A DNA stretch of 64,000 bases from contig CAWDVP010000006.1 of assembly GCA_963805945.1 (NCBI GenBank), positions 160,001 through 224,000 of the forward strand. Direction: 5' to 3'. A program made the position numbers and the translations under genes. A model generated the notes under the pieces. The model made no database searches and was not told the origin of the DNA. It saw nothing but the letters and a program-made list of their open reading frames with translations. The DNA is from Vulcanimicrobiota bacterium. GTDB taxonomy: Bacteria > Vulcanimicrobiota > Vulcanimicrobiia > Eremiobacterales > Eremiobacteraceae. Position 1 is the stretch's first letter. The number at the start of each line of letters is the position of its first letter. Of this stretch, positions 17,297-28,329 are shown in pieces.

Positions 17297-18279
17297 CGTT
17301 TGAGCGCCTCAGGATTGAGCGCGTTCGGCGGCACCTCACCGTTGAAGAACGCCAGCACGTTGCGCGCCGCCATCTCTGCCATCTTGCCGCGCGTCGTGTG
17401 GCTCGCGCTGCCGATGTGCGGCAGCAGCACCGCGTTGGGCAGTTCCGCGAGACCGCTCGCCAGCTTCGGCTCGTTCTCGTAGACATCCAGGCCGGCGCCC
17501 GCGATGACGTTATCGCGCAGCGCCTGCACCAGCGCCGCCTCATCGATGACCGGTCCGCGCGACGTGTTGATGAGACATGCGGTGCGCTTCATCTTCTTCA
17601 GCGACTCCGCGTTGATGAGATGGCGCGTGCTTGGCAGCAGCGGCGTGTGCAGGCTCACGAAGTCCGATCTCGCCAACAGTTCCTCGAGCGGCACGCGCGT
17701 CGCGTGCAGCTCTTTCTCGACCTCCGGCGGAGCGGGGAAATCATCCGCATACAGCACGGTCATATCGAAACCGCGCGCGCGGCGCGCGAGGCCGCGCCCG
17801 ATCCGCCCGAAACCGACGATGCCGAGCGTCGCATGATGCACGTCGTGGCCGAGCAGCTCCATGATGCCCCAGCCGCCCCACGTGCCCGTGCGCATGAGAC
17901 GGTCGCCTTCTGCGAGGCGGCGCGCGGTGCACAGCAGCAGGGCGAACGCAAGATCGGCGGTCGTGTCGTCGAGCACGCCGGGCGTGTTGGTCATGACGAC
18001 GCCCGCGGCGGTGCCGGCCGCGATGTCGAGATTGTCGTAGCCGACGGCCACGTTGGCGACGATCTTGATGGTCGGCGCCGCGGCGAGCACCTCTGCGTCG
18101 ACCTTCTCGGTGAGCAGGCACACGAGCGCGTCGCGGTTGCGGCAGCCGCGCATCAGCTCCTCGCGGCTGGGCGCGCGGTCTTCCGACCAGACCTCGGCGA
18201 AGGTGTGCTGCGACAAGAGCGACAGCCCCGCTTCGGGGATCACCCTGCTGATGAAGACACGTGGTTTCGCGGGGCTCAT
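17293..18279 (-). CDS. gyaR: D-glycerate dehydrogenase / glyoxylate-hydroxypyruvate reductase
   Basis: VAVGYDN, TNTPGVL, GFGRIG, INTSRG, GLDVYE.EP, PHIGSA. Confidence 0.9.
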   Translation of the reverse strand: MSPAKPRVFISRVIPEAGLSLLSQHTFAEVWSEDRAPSREELMRGCRNRDALVCLLTEKVDAEVLAAAPTIKIVANVAVGYDNLDIAAGTAAGVVMTNTPGVLDDTTADLAFALLLCTARRLAEGDRLMRTGTWGGWGIMELLGHDVHHATLGIVGFGRIGRGLARRARGFDMTVLYADDFPAPPEVEKELHATRVPLEELLARSDFVSLHTPLLPSTRHLINAESLKKMKRTACLINTSRGPVIDEAALVQALRDNVIAGAGLDVYENEPKLASGLAELPNAVLLPHIGSASHTTRGKMAEMAARNVLAFFNGEVPPNALNPEALKR

Positions 18280-18288
18280 CGCCGCGCG

Positions 18289-19113
18289 CTAACCGAGCGC
18301 GGCCGCTTTTGGTCGGCCGCTGTGGCCGAGTTTGGCTGAGATCTCCTGCGCCGCCGCCTCGACGTGTTTGATGATGCGTTCTTTTTGCAGCTGCTGCTGC
18401 CCGAACTTCGGCACCGCCACCGAGATCGCAGCCACCGGACGACCCGAGTAGTTGAAGAGCGGCGCGCCCGCGCAATACAGACCTTCTTCGGTCTCTTCGT
18501 TGTCTTCCGCGTAGCCCTGGCGTCGCACGCGCTCGAGCTCTTGGCGCAGCGCCTCGGGATCGGTGATCGTGTTCTTCGTATAGCGCGCGAGCGGCTTGCT
18601 CGCGATGATGCGGTCGATCTCCGCGCGATCGAGATGCGCGAGCAGCGCCTTGCCGATGCCGGTCGAGTGCATGGGGCGGCGCGCGCCGATGTCGGCATAG
18701 GTCTTGACGGGCCGGCGGCCGTCCACTTTTTCGATGTAGACGAGTTCCGAGTCGTCGAGGACCCCTAGCAGCGCGGTCTCGCCCAGGGCGACCGCCAGCT
18801 GCTCGAGGACAGGTTTGGCCATCGTATGGGCCTCCATGGACCGCAGGATGCCGCAGCCCACCTCGAAGGCCTTGATGCCCAGGGAGTAGCGGGCGTTGTC
18901 GGGGTTCCACTTGACGAAGCCCCGGGCCCGGAGGGTCTGGAGGATGCGGTGGACGCTGCTTTTAGACAGCCCGATCGCCTGGCCGAGCTCCCGGACGCCG
19001 ACTTCCTTGCTCTGCGTGCCCAGGTACTCCAAAATCACCAGCGCGCGATCGACGGAGTTGACCTTCGATTCACCGCGCGGTTTCGCGGCAGCCGCTTCAC
19101 CGGAAGAAATCAC
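18289..19113 (-). CDS. IclR family transcriptional regulator
   Basis: SVDRAL.IL…GLSKSSVHRIL HTH; HSTGIGKALLA; GYA.D.EE…G..C; GGAGGAG RBS before GTG 19113. Confidence 0.92.
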   Translation of the reverse strand: MISSGEAAAAKPRGESKVNSVDRALVILEYLGTQSKEVGVRELGQAIGLSKSSVHRILQTLRARGFVKWNPDNARYSLGIKAFEVGCGILRSMEAHTMAKPVLEQLAVALGETALLGVLDDSELVYIEKVDGRRPVKTYADIGARRPMHSTGIGKALLAHLDRAEIDRIIASKPLARYTKNTITDPEALRQELERVRRQGYAEDNEETEEGLYCAGAPLFNYSGRPVAAISVAVPKFGQQQLQKERIIKHVEAAAQEISAKLGHSGRPKAAALG

Positions 19114-19306
19114 CGAACTCTCCTCCACGCGCTTCCAAAATCGCCGCCTCTCCCCGCGCGAAACGCGCCGTCTGAGAGAGCGCAAAACACCGGCCGTAGT
19201 AGTCGGCCGATGTTCATATGGGACACTTCGTAACGGGACGGCTCTTGGCTCACAGCCCGGCCGGTTCCTGTCTGCGAAACGCTTGCCGTGCCTGGCTTCG
19301 AGCGTC

Positions 19307-19648
19307 CTAGGTATGGACGAGGGTGAAATTCGCCGGTGTCTGCTGGCCGACCGCGATGTGCACTTGCTGTGACGCGCTGGTGTAGTTAGCGGCCGACGCG
19401 GTGATGGTCTCGTTGACGCCGGTGGGATCCGAGGGCACGGTCGTGATCTTATACGACCCGTCGGCGGCCGTGGTGACGCACTCGACGACGAAGATGCACA
19501 CCGATGCGCCGGCGATCGGTCCGCTGCTCGACGAGACGACGCCTGCGACGGAACCGTAATCGCCCTGCGGCGCATTCTGCCCTGGGCATCCTGCGAGCGT
19601 TAACGCCGCTCCGATCGTCGAGATGATGACAAGTGCCTTGGCGCGCAT
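19307..19648 (-). CDS. Small lipoprotein, carboxypeptidase regulatory-like (CnaB-type) domain
   Basis: Lipobox LAGC; G.V.S…PIAGA.V…TTAADGSY.I pattern. Confidence 0.75.
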   Translation of the reverse strand: MRAKALVIISTIGAALTLAGCPGQNAPQGDYGSVAGVVSSSSGPIAGASVCIFVVECVTTAADGSYKITTVPSDPTGVNETITASAANYTSASQQVHIAVGQQTPANFTLVHT

Positions 19649-19715
19649 GTGTCGACCGTAGCCTCCGAATGCAGAGCCGCTGTCTTCCGGTTTCGACGTC
19701 CCGTTTCCGCCCCTC

Positions 19716-20567
19716 TTAGGCGGCGAAGATGCGCCGCCCCACCAGCACCGCGACCACGATACCGGCCACGAACACCCCGAGCACGCCGAGGAGTGCTGCC
19801 AGGCCCGAGTGGCCGGTCGCCTTGCCGCCGCAGACGGCTTGGACGGCCTTGCCGAGGTCGAGATCGAAGCGCGCCAGCCCGCTCGAGGGCATGCCGTCCA
19901 CGTGGCGCGCGGCCGCGACCGCCTGCGCTTGCGTCCAGGTGACGTCGTCGATGAGGTAGCCGATGCGCCCATCGGGGCCGACGATGACGATGCGCTCGCT
20001 GTGCAGCAGTTCGCCATTGCGGCCCTGGATCACCGAGATGCCCAGCGGCTTGGCAAATGATTCGAGCAGCGCCGGCGCACCGGTGAGGATGTGCCAATTC
20101 GGCGCATGCACGCCGTGCGCGCGGGCGAAGTTCGCGATCGCTTCGGGCGTATCGCGCGCCGGATCGATGCTGATCTCGAGCAGCGCGAAGCGATCGCTCG
20201 GCAGCGCGGACGCCAACGCGGCGAATTTGCTCGTGAGGATCGGGCACTCGTCGGCGCAGTTCGTGTAGATGAAGCCGACGATCACGGTCTTGCCACGAAG
20301 ATCGGCGATGCGCAGCGGCCGGCCGCGCTCGTCGGTGTAGGTCGCGTCCGGCAGGACGTCTCCGACGGCTAGCGGCCGGACGGTCGCATCGAAGGGGTTC
20401 GCTTGAGCCGGGGCAGATGGAGCGGTCGAATTGATTCGACCGCCCGCCTGGGCGGGCACGCCCGCGAGGCACGCAAGGGCCAGCCCGCAAAGGGCGGCGA
20501 ACCGGCCGATTCTGATGGACAGGCCGGACGTCTTGACCCCTGCGGAGCGGCGCGCGATCATCATCAT
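19716..20567 (-). CDS. SCO1/SenC copper chaperone
   Basis: FIYTNCADECP, ISIDPARDTP, WHILTG, conserved His (LLHS), C-terminal TM helix. Start uncertain (20522-20567). Confidence 0.88.
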   Translation of the reverse strand: MMMIARRSAGVKTSGLSIRIGRFAALCGLALACLAGVPAQAGGRINSTAPSAPAQANPFDATVRPLAVGDVLPDATYTDERGRPLRIADLRGKTVIVGFIYTNCADECPILTSKFAALASALPSDRFALLEISIDPARDTPEAIANFARAHGVHAPNWHILTGAPALLESFAKPLGISVIQGRNGELLHSERIVIVGPDGRIGYLIDDVTWTQAQAVAAARHVDGMPSSGLARFDLDLGKAVQAVCGGKATGHSGLAALLGVLGVFVAGIVVAVLVGRRIFAA

Positions 20568-21120
20568 GCGGCCGTGGCGGCCGCACGAGCGGGCGGTCGT
20601 GTGGCGCGGCGCGAGCGGCCGCTTCGTCGTCGCGCTCGAACCGGCGGCGATCGCGTTGTGCTTCGGTCTTTTCACCGTGGCCATCGCTTCTGTCTCACAC
20701 ACTCCGGCGCATCAGGGCTACGTCTACTTCGCTTGGCTCTTCGGCTTCGGCGCCGCCGCCTTCACCCTGTATGCCGTCGCACTGCTCGTCAATCCGATCC
20801 GCGCCCTGCTGCAGACCGCCCAGCCGATCTTCATCGTCGACGGCTATCTGCGCACGCGCGTGCCGGACGACCGCTCGGCGCTCGACAGCAGCGGCTACAT
20901 CGCCGTCGTGCTCGAGGATGGCCGCGTGGCGTGCGAATGGCCGGCGATCGGGCACGCACGTCTTCCGGATGAGCGCTATCCGGCCTTTATGGAGTTCAGC
21001 GAGTTCGGCGGGATCCACAGCGTTGACGGTCGCAGCACGGGCGTGCTGCCGGATGACTTCCCCGCGCTCGGGGTCGGCGGTGCGCAGCCGCCGAAGCGCG
21101 GCGGCTACAGATTGCCCTGA
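20515..21120 (+). CDS. Hypothetical membrane protein (2 TM), antisense within the cox cluster
   Basis: Strong GC3 codon bias, two hydrophobic helices followed by a beta-rich domain. Confidence 0.7.
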   Translation: MDRPDVLTPAERRAIIIMRPWRPHERAVVWRGASGRFVVALEPAAIALCFGLFTVAIASVSHTPAHQGYVYFAWLFGFGAAAFTLYAVALLVNPIRALLQTAQPIFIVDGYLRTRVPDDRSALDSSGYIAVVLEDGRVACEWPAIGHARLPDERYPAFMEFSEFGGIHSVDGRSTGVLPDDFPALGVGGAQPPKRGGYRLP

Positions 21121-21296
21121 AGGTCCACCAACGGCGTGTCCTTGGCCGGCCAGTAGTGGTTGTCGCCGGCTTGCTGCACCGTGATGCCACCCATGAACAC
21201 GATGAGCACTAGGCCGACGAAGAACAGCCATAGCACGGGCGCTGGAACGCCGCGGCTCACCGGGATGACATATGCTTTGCTCGGATCCGATGCCAT
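21105..21296 (-). CDS. Small single-TM protein downstream of coxC
   Basis: AGGAG RBS; MASDPSKAY…LWLFFVGLVLIVFMGG. Confidence 0.7.
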   Translation of the reverse strand: MASDPSKAYVIPVSRGVPAPVLWLFFVGLVLIVFMGGITVQQAGDNHYWPAKDTPLVDLQGNL

Positions 21297-21305
21297 CGCC
21301 ATCTC

Positions 21306-21503
21306 CTACACTCTGCCCGCGATGCCGAACGCCACGCTCAGCACGAGCACGCAGCCCAAGGTGAGCAGCACCATCATGATCTTCGTCACCTGATCCTCGA
21401 GCGCCGTCTTGTGCCATTCCTCCGTCAACGCTTTGAGCGCGAAGAAGCCCACCACCAGTGCGCCGGCGCCGGCCAAGACTTTCAGGATGATCACCTCGTT
21501 CAT
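21306..21503 (-). CDS. Small two-TM protein downstream of coxC
   Basis: GAGGAG RBS right after the coxC stop; 65 aa with two hydrophobic helices. Confidence 0.75.
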   Translation of the reverse strand: MNEVIILKVLAGAGALVVGFFALKALTEEWHKTALEDQVTKIMMVLLTLGCVLVLSVAFGIAGRV

Positions 21504-21512
21504 CGGTGCTCC

Positions 21513-22122
21513 TCAGAAGATGTAGAACAAGAAGAACAGCGCGACCCAGATGACGTCGACGAAGTGCCAGTACAGCGTGCCGGCGGTCAGGCCGAAGTAG
21601 CGATCGTCGTAGTAGACGCCGCGGCGGGTCTGCAGCAGCACGGATCGATGAGGAAACACACGCCGACGAAGACGTGGAAGCCGTGCATGCCGGTGAGCGT
21701 GAAGAACGACGCGCCGAAGATGCTGCCTGCCCAGCGTGATCGTGCGAGGTGGGTGTATTCGTAGGCCTGGCCGGAGAGGAAGGTCGAGCCCGAGATGATC
21801 GTCGCGATGATCCATCGGAGTGAAGCGCGGACGATTGCTCGTGCTTCCACGCCTCCATCGCGAGATGCATCGTGACGCCCGAACCGAACAGCACGACCGA
21901 GTTGACGCGCGCGCCAGGAACACATCAGGCACTGCTCGACCGCCCGGCGGCGGCCAGCCCGGCGATCGTGTTGCGCAGATAGAGATAACGCGAAGATGAA
22001 CGGCGAGAACAGGACGAGTCGCTGACGAGGAACAGCACGAAGCCCAGCAGCCGATGCCGCGCGTCTCCTCGTAGAGCGCGTCGTCGTGTCGAGCCGTGAA
22101 CGCGCCTCGTGCTGTGCGCCAT
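21513..22122 (-). CDS. coxC: Cytochrome c oxidase subunit III (multiple frameshifts in this sequence)
   Basis: Fragments LLGFVLFLVSD, SFFTLTGMHGFHV and LYWHFVDVIW lie in different frames. Confidence 0.85.
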
Positions 22123-22126
22123 GCTC

Positions 22127-23794
<1,668 letters not shown>

Positions 23795-23816
23795 GTGCCC
23801 GTGCGTCCTTCTTCTT

Positions 23817-24884
23817 CTACTTGTGCAGCGATTCGAGGTAGGCGACGAGATCGGCGACATCGGCCGCCGTCAGCTGGTTGACCTGCATGTTCGGCATCGT
23901 GCCCATGTCACCGCTCGCGCCGCTCTCGATGAGCTTCGCGACGTCCTCCGGCGTTGCCGGGTAGCCGTTGACGAGGTTCGGATGATCCGCGTCGTGGAGC
24001 ACGTTGCCGAGCCCGGGGCCGACCTTGCGCTCGCTGAACGGCCCGGCGCTGTGGCAGGCGGTGCATTTGGCCGCGAAGAGCGTGGCGCCGTGCGCGGCGT
24101 CGCCCTTGCTGAGCACGACCGCCGGCACGGTGGTGCTGGCGACCTGGCCCTTCTGCTGGGCGAACCACTTGTCGAAATCCGCCTGCGACTCGACGACCAC
24201 CTTGCCGACCATATTCGAGTGGCCGAGACCGCAGAACTCGGTGCAGATGATGCGATACGTGCCCTTGATGATCGGGGTGAAATGGATGGGCACGATCATG
24301 CCGGGGATCATGTCCTGTTTGACGCGGAATTCCGGCGCCCAGAACGAGTGGATGACGGCCTTTTGGACGTTCGGCTCCGCCGAGGTGAGGTCGATCGTGA
24401 CCTGCTTGCCCACCGGCAGATGCATCTCGTTGAGGACGGAATTCTTGAGCCCCGGATAGCGGAACTCGTAGTAGAAGGTGTGTCCGACGGCTTCTATCGT
24501 CGCGACGCTCGCCGCGCTCGCCAGGTAGTAGCGCGGCAGCACGATATAGCTGATGATGGCCAACACGATCATGAGGATGGTCGGGATGACCGTCCAGCCG
24601 ATCTCCAGCGGCGGGTAGTCGTGGACGTTCGAGCCGACCGCCATGGGATCGTCGCCCTTGCGCGTGTGGTAGCGCCAGGCGAAATAGATGATGTAGCCGT
24701 TGACGTACACGAGGATCGGCACGCCGAAGAACGCCATGAAGCGGAAGATGTAATCGATGTCGAGCGCGGCCGAGGATGCCGCGGGCAGATAGTCGCCGAT
24801 AGGGAAGATCACGACCCCCCACATGAGCAGGCCGCTGATCACGGTCATCAATGCCGTCGCCGCCCAGAACTCATGGTCCAGCAA
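23817..24884 (-). CDS. coxB: Cytochrome c oxidase subunit II with fused cytochrome c (caa3 type)
   Basis: LEIGWTVIP, VIHSFW, CuA motif CTEFCGLGHSNM, C-terminal CTACH and distal Met (GTMP). Start uncertain. Confidence 0.93.
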   Translation of the reverse strand: MLDHEFWAATALMTVISGLLMWGVVIFPIGDYLPAASSAALDIDYIFRFMAFFGVPILVYVNGYIIYFAWRYHTRKGDDPMAVGSNVHDYPPLEIGWTVIPTILMIVLAIISYIVLPRYYLASAASVATIEAVGHTFYYEFRYPGLKNSVLNEMHLPVGKQVTIDLTSAEPNVQKAVIHSFWAPEFRVKQDMIPGMIVPIHFTPIIKGTYRIICTEFCGLGHSNMVGKVVVESQADFDKWFAQQKGQVASTTVPAVVLSKGDAAHGATLFAAKCTACHSAGPFSERKVGPGLGNVLHDADHPNLVNGYPATPEDVAKLIESGASGDMGTMPNMQVNQLTAADVADLVAYLESLHK

Positions 24885-24990
24885 CGGGGCCGAGCGCGTC
24901 TCTTTCAGTGCATCGTCTCCCGCGGTGCGGTTAGGCGCAGAGGCGGTGGCATCCTCGCTACCGTTTCGGAGTCTGTTGACTTGGTCGCAA

Positions 24991-25075
24991 TGCCGAAGGT
25001 GGGAGTTGAACCCACACGAGGGGTAACCTCGCGCGATTTTGAGTCGCGTGCGTCTGCCAGTTCCGCCACTCCGGC
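24991..25075 (-). tRNA. tRNA-Leu(CAA), CCA not encoded
   Basis: GCCGGAG/CTTCGGC acceptor stem, CGCGA-CTCAAAA-TCGCG anticodon arm, long variable arm, GTGGG-TTCAACT-CCCAC. Confidence 0.96.
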
Positions 25076-25112
25076 CTGATGATAGATGAGTTCGACCGCT
25101 CCACTTCGCATC

Positions 25113-26474
25113 CTAGCCGGCCGCCGCCTCCGCGGGCAGCGCCGCGGCGATGGGGATGCACGCCAGCGCGATCGCGCACGCGACGAGGTACTCGAGCCGG
25201 AAGCCCGCAGCGGCGTCGGCTGCGGCGCGATGCAAGAACGCGGTGACGACCGCGGGCGCCGTGATCGCGCCCGAACTCGCGAACATCGTGAGCAAACCGG
25301 TGGCGGCGCCACGCCGTTGCGTCGGCACGTAGCGATAGACGAGCACGTTGGGCGGCGCGCTCGCCAGGCCCATGCCCAGCCCGCATAGCATCAGCGCGCT
25401 GCGCACGCCCCACAGCTGCGGGCTCAGCCCCAGCACGAGCAAACCCGTCGCCAGCGCGCAGATCCCCGCGATGAGCGTGCCTTTCGCGCCGATGCGGTTG
25501 ACGAGAGGCCCGCCGAGCCCTTGGCCGGCCCCGAGCGGCAATGCGAGGAAGAGCAGTGCCAGGCCGCTCTGCGCGGCGGTCGCGTCGAACTGCGCGATGT
25601 AATACGCTGCGGCATACATCGTCACCGAGAAGATCGGCACGCCGGAGAGAAAGGCGATCGCGTAGGTGAGCGCGGGCCCGCGCTGGCGCAGCAGCGCCGG
25701 ATCGATCAATGGATCTCCGCTGCGCCGCTCCCAGGCTGCCAGCGCGACGACGCAGCCCACCGAGCCGGCAAGCCAGACCGCGGCCAACACGGCGGTCGCG
25801 TTGGCCGCGGCCATGATGCAGCCCGCGAACGCCGCGATCAGCGCGACCGCGATCCCGTCGAAACCGACGCGCTCGCGGCGCGGCCCGTCCGCTGGCAGAC
25901 CGAGCGCGAGCGCAAGCGTGATGACCGCGAGCGGGATATTAATCCAGAAGATGAGATGCCACGGGTACGCGAGGTTGAGATGCAGGCCCGCGTCGACGAG
26001 CAGGCCGCCGAGCACGGAGCCGATGACCGCCGCGAGCGCGAACGCGCCGTAGATCAGCCCGAGCGCCGCGCCCTGCTTGCGTTCGGGGACCTCGTCGCCG
26101 ACGATGGCGGTCGCCGCCGGCTGCACCGCGCCCGCGCCGAGCGACTGCACGATGCGGCCGATGACGAGCACGACGAGCGACGTCGAGAGCGCGCACACGA
26201 GCGAGCCGATGCCGAAGACGACGATGGCGGCGATGAAGATCCGCTTGCGCCCCTTGGCATCGGAGAGCCGTCCGGCGATCGGCTGCGCGATGAGCGAGCC
26301 GGTGGCGTACGCGGCGATCACCCAGCCCAGATCGGCGAGCCCGATGCTCAAGGACGCGGCGATCGCCACCAGCGACGGCCCGATCACCGTCATCTGGAGC
26401 GCCCGCATGAACATGCCGAGGACCAGCGGCGAGAGCGTGCGCGCCGGCCGGTACGCGTGGGCGGCTAGGGTCAC
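25113..26474 (-). CDS. MFS transporter (DHA2-like)
   Basis: GRLSDAKGRKR motif A, WHLIFWINIP, many TM helices; GTGA overlap with ctaB. Confidence 0.9.
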   Translation of the reverse strand: MTLAAHAYRPARTLSPLVLGMFMRALQMTVIGPSLVAIAASLSIGLADLGWVIAAYATGSLIAQPIAGRLSDAKGRKRIFIAAIVVFGIGSLVCALSTSLVVLVIGRIVQSLGAGAVQPAATAIVGDEVPERKQGAALGLIYGAFALAAVIGSVLGGLLVDAGLHLNLAYPWHLIFWINIPLAVITLALALGLPADGPRRERVGFDGIAVALIAAFAGCIMAAANATAVLAAVWLAGSVGCVVALAAWERRSGDPLIDPALLRQRGPALTYAIAFLSGVPIFSVTMYAAAYYIAQFDATAAQSGLALLFLALPLGAGQGLGGPLVNRIGAKGTLIAGICALATGLLVLGLSPQLWGVRSALMLCGLGMGLASAPPNVLVYRYVPTQRRGAATGLLTMFASSGAITAPAVVTAFLHRAAADAAAGFRLEYLVACAIALACIPIAAALPAEAAAG

Positions 26475-27370
26475 ACGCCGGGACCGTGTCCGAGCCGGTC
26501 GATGACCATCGCCGCGAACAGCAGCGCGAGGTAGAGCATGGAGAACTTGTACATCGAGAGCTCGCTCGCGGGAGAGCCGACGCGCACGACGCGCGCGGCG
26601 TAGGCGAGGAACAGCCCGTTGAGCACGAGCGCGCACACAAGGTAGATGATCCCCATGACGTGCAGCGGCGTCAACACGAGCGTCATGGCGACGAGCGCGA
26701 AGCTGTATGCGACGATGTGCCGTTTGGTCACCGCGTCACCGCGCACCACCGGCAGCATCGGCACACCGACCTTCGCATATTCGCCCTTGGTGAGGAGCGA
26801 GAGCGCCCAGAAATGCGGCGGCGTCCACAAGAAGATGATGAGGAACAAGGCGAGCGCGGTCACCCCGAGGTGGCCGGTCACCGCCGCCCAACCGACGAGC
26901 GGGGGCACCGCACCCGCCGCGCCGCCGATGACGATGTTCTGCACGCTCGTGCGCTTCAGCCACAGCGTGTAGACGCCTACATAGAAGAGGATGCCGCACA
27001 GCGCGAGACCCGCGGCGAGCAGGTTCACCATCAGCGCGAGCACCGCGAATGACGCGACGCCCAGCGCCACGCCGAAGAGGAACGCGTGCTCCGGTACGAT
27101 GCGGCCGCTCGGGATCGGCCGTGCCTGCGTCCGCTTCATCACCGCGTCGATGTCGCGGTCGAAGTACATGTTGAGCGCGCCCGATGAGCCGGCGGCGAGC
27201 GCGCCGCCCAGCAGCGTCCAGCACACCAGCGCGAGCGGCGGCAGGCCGCCCTGCGCCACGAACATCGCCATGAGCGTGGTGAACAGCAGCAGCGACATCA
27301 CCTTCGGTTTGGTGAGCGCGAGGTAGTCGAGGACGGTGGCGCCGCCGATCGTGATGTCGAAAGTGCTCAT
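26471..27370 (-). CDS. ctaB: Protoheme IX farnesyltransferase (heme O synthase)
   Basis: LTKP.V, N.YFDRDID..M.RT..RPIPSG, YTLWLKR, GGAAGA.PP..GW, WTPPHF. Confidence 0.96.
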   Translation of the reverse strand: MSTFDITIGGATVLDYLALTKPKVMSLLLFTTLMAMFVAQGGLPPLALVCWTLLGGALAAGSSGALNMYFDRDIDAVMKRTQARPIPSGRIVPEHAFLFGVALGVASFAVLALMVNLLAAGLALCGILFYVGVYTLWLKRTSVQNIVIGGAAGAVPPLVGWAAVTGHLGVTALALFLIIFLWTPPHFWALSLLTKGEYAKVGVPMLPVVRGDAVTKRHIVAYSFALVAMTLVLTPLHVMGIIYLVCALVLNGLFLAYAARVVRVGSPASELSMYKFSMLYLALLFAAMVIDRLGHGPGV

Positions 27371-28287
27371 GTCGTGTAGGCCGCGTATGCCAGGACGACG
27401 AGCGAGGCGAAGGTGAGCGCGCCGTTGGCTTGGTGCACGGAGCGAAGAATCGGTTCGAGGCCTGAGATCACCGTGGCCACACCCAGCGCCACCTGCGACG
27501 TGCCGAGCACGAGGGAAAGCGTCGCGAGACGCTTCACCTGAGGCCGCCCGGGCCGCTCACGCAGCGCCATGATCGCGGCGGCGACGATGAGCGCGAATGC
27601 GAGATACGCGAACATGCGATGGCCCATGTGGATCTGTTCTGCGATCGTCTGCGGCGGGCCCCAGCCGTAGCACAGCGGGAACTGCGTGCACGCGAGGCCG
27701 GCGTTCGAGGCGCTCATGTAGCCCGCGGCGAGGATGGCGAAAAAGGTGAGGATCGCGGCGGAGACGGCCAGCCGCGCGAAGACCATCATCATCACCGATG
27801 GTCTCTCACCGGCCGCTGGCGACGTGCTGCCGGCAAGCCGCGCGAGATACCACACCATGAGCAGGCTGACGAACGTGAGAATGCCCAGACCGAGATGCGC
27901 GGCGACGCTCGGCGGATTGTTGGCGTACGCGATGGTGAGCGCGCCGACGACGATCTGTGCGGCCAGCAGCCCGAGGCAGAACCACGAGGCGCGCCATGCC
28001 GCAGGCCGTTCGCGCCGCGCCCGCATGGCCGCGATGAACGTCGCCACGATCAGCAGGGTGAGCACGACGGCGCCGTAGCGGTGGGTCCATTCGTAGACGA
28101 CGCTATCGTTGAGCGCAGGGAACCAGACGCCGCGGCAGCGCGGCCAGTCCGGACAGGTCATGCCGGCGCCGTTGATCCGCACGATGCCGCCCCACACCAC
28201 CAGCACGAAGGCGAAGATGGCCGACGCGAGACTGGTGAACCGAAGCACGGTCACTGACGTGGACGCTTGGGGCGGGGCGTTCATCAT
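27367..28287 (-). CDS. ctaA: Heme A synthase (CtaA/COX15)
   Basis: G..VR..GAG..CPDWP.C, EWTHR, HMGHR, VHQ. Confidence 0.92.
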   Translation of the reverse strand: MMNAPPQASTSVTVLRFTSLASAIFAFVLVVWGGIVRINGAGMTCPDWPRCRGVWFPALNDSVVYEWTHRYGAVVLTLLIVATFIAAMRARRERPAAWRASWFCLGLLAAQIVVGALTIAYANNPPSVAAHLGLGILTFVSLLMVWYLARLAGSTSPAAGERPSVMMMVFARLAVSAAILTFFAILAAGYMSASNAGLACTQFPLCYGWGPPQTIAEQIHMGHRMFAYLAFALIVAAAIMALRERPGRPQVKRLATLSLVLGTSQVALGVATVISGLEPILRSVHQANGALTFASLVVLAYAAYTT

Positions 28288-28329
28288 GCGTCGCTTTGAG
28301 TCGGACGAGGCGCTTTCCCGTCCCCGAAG

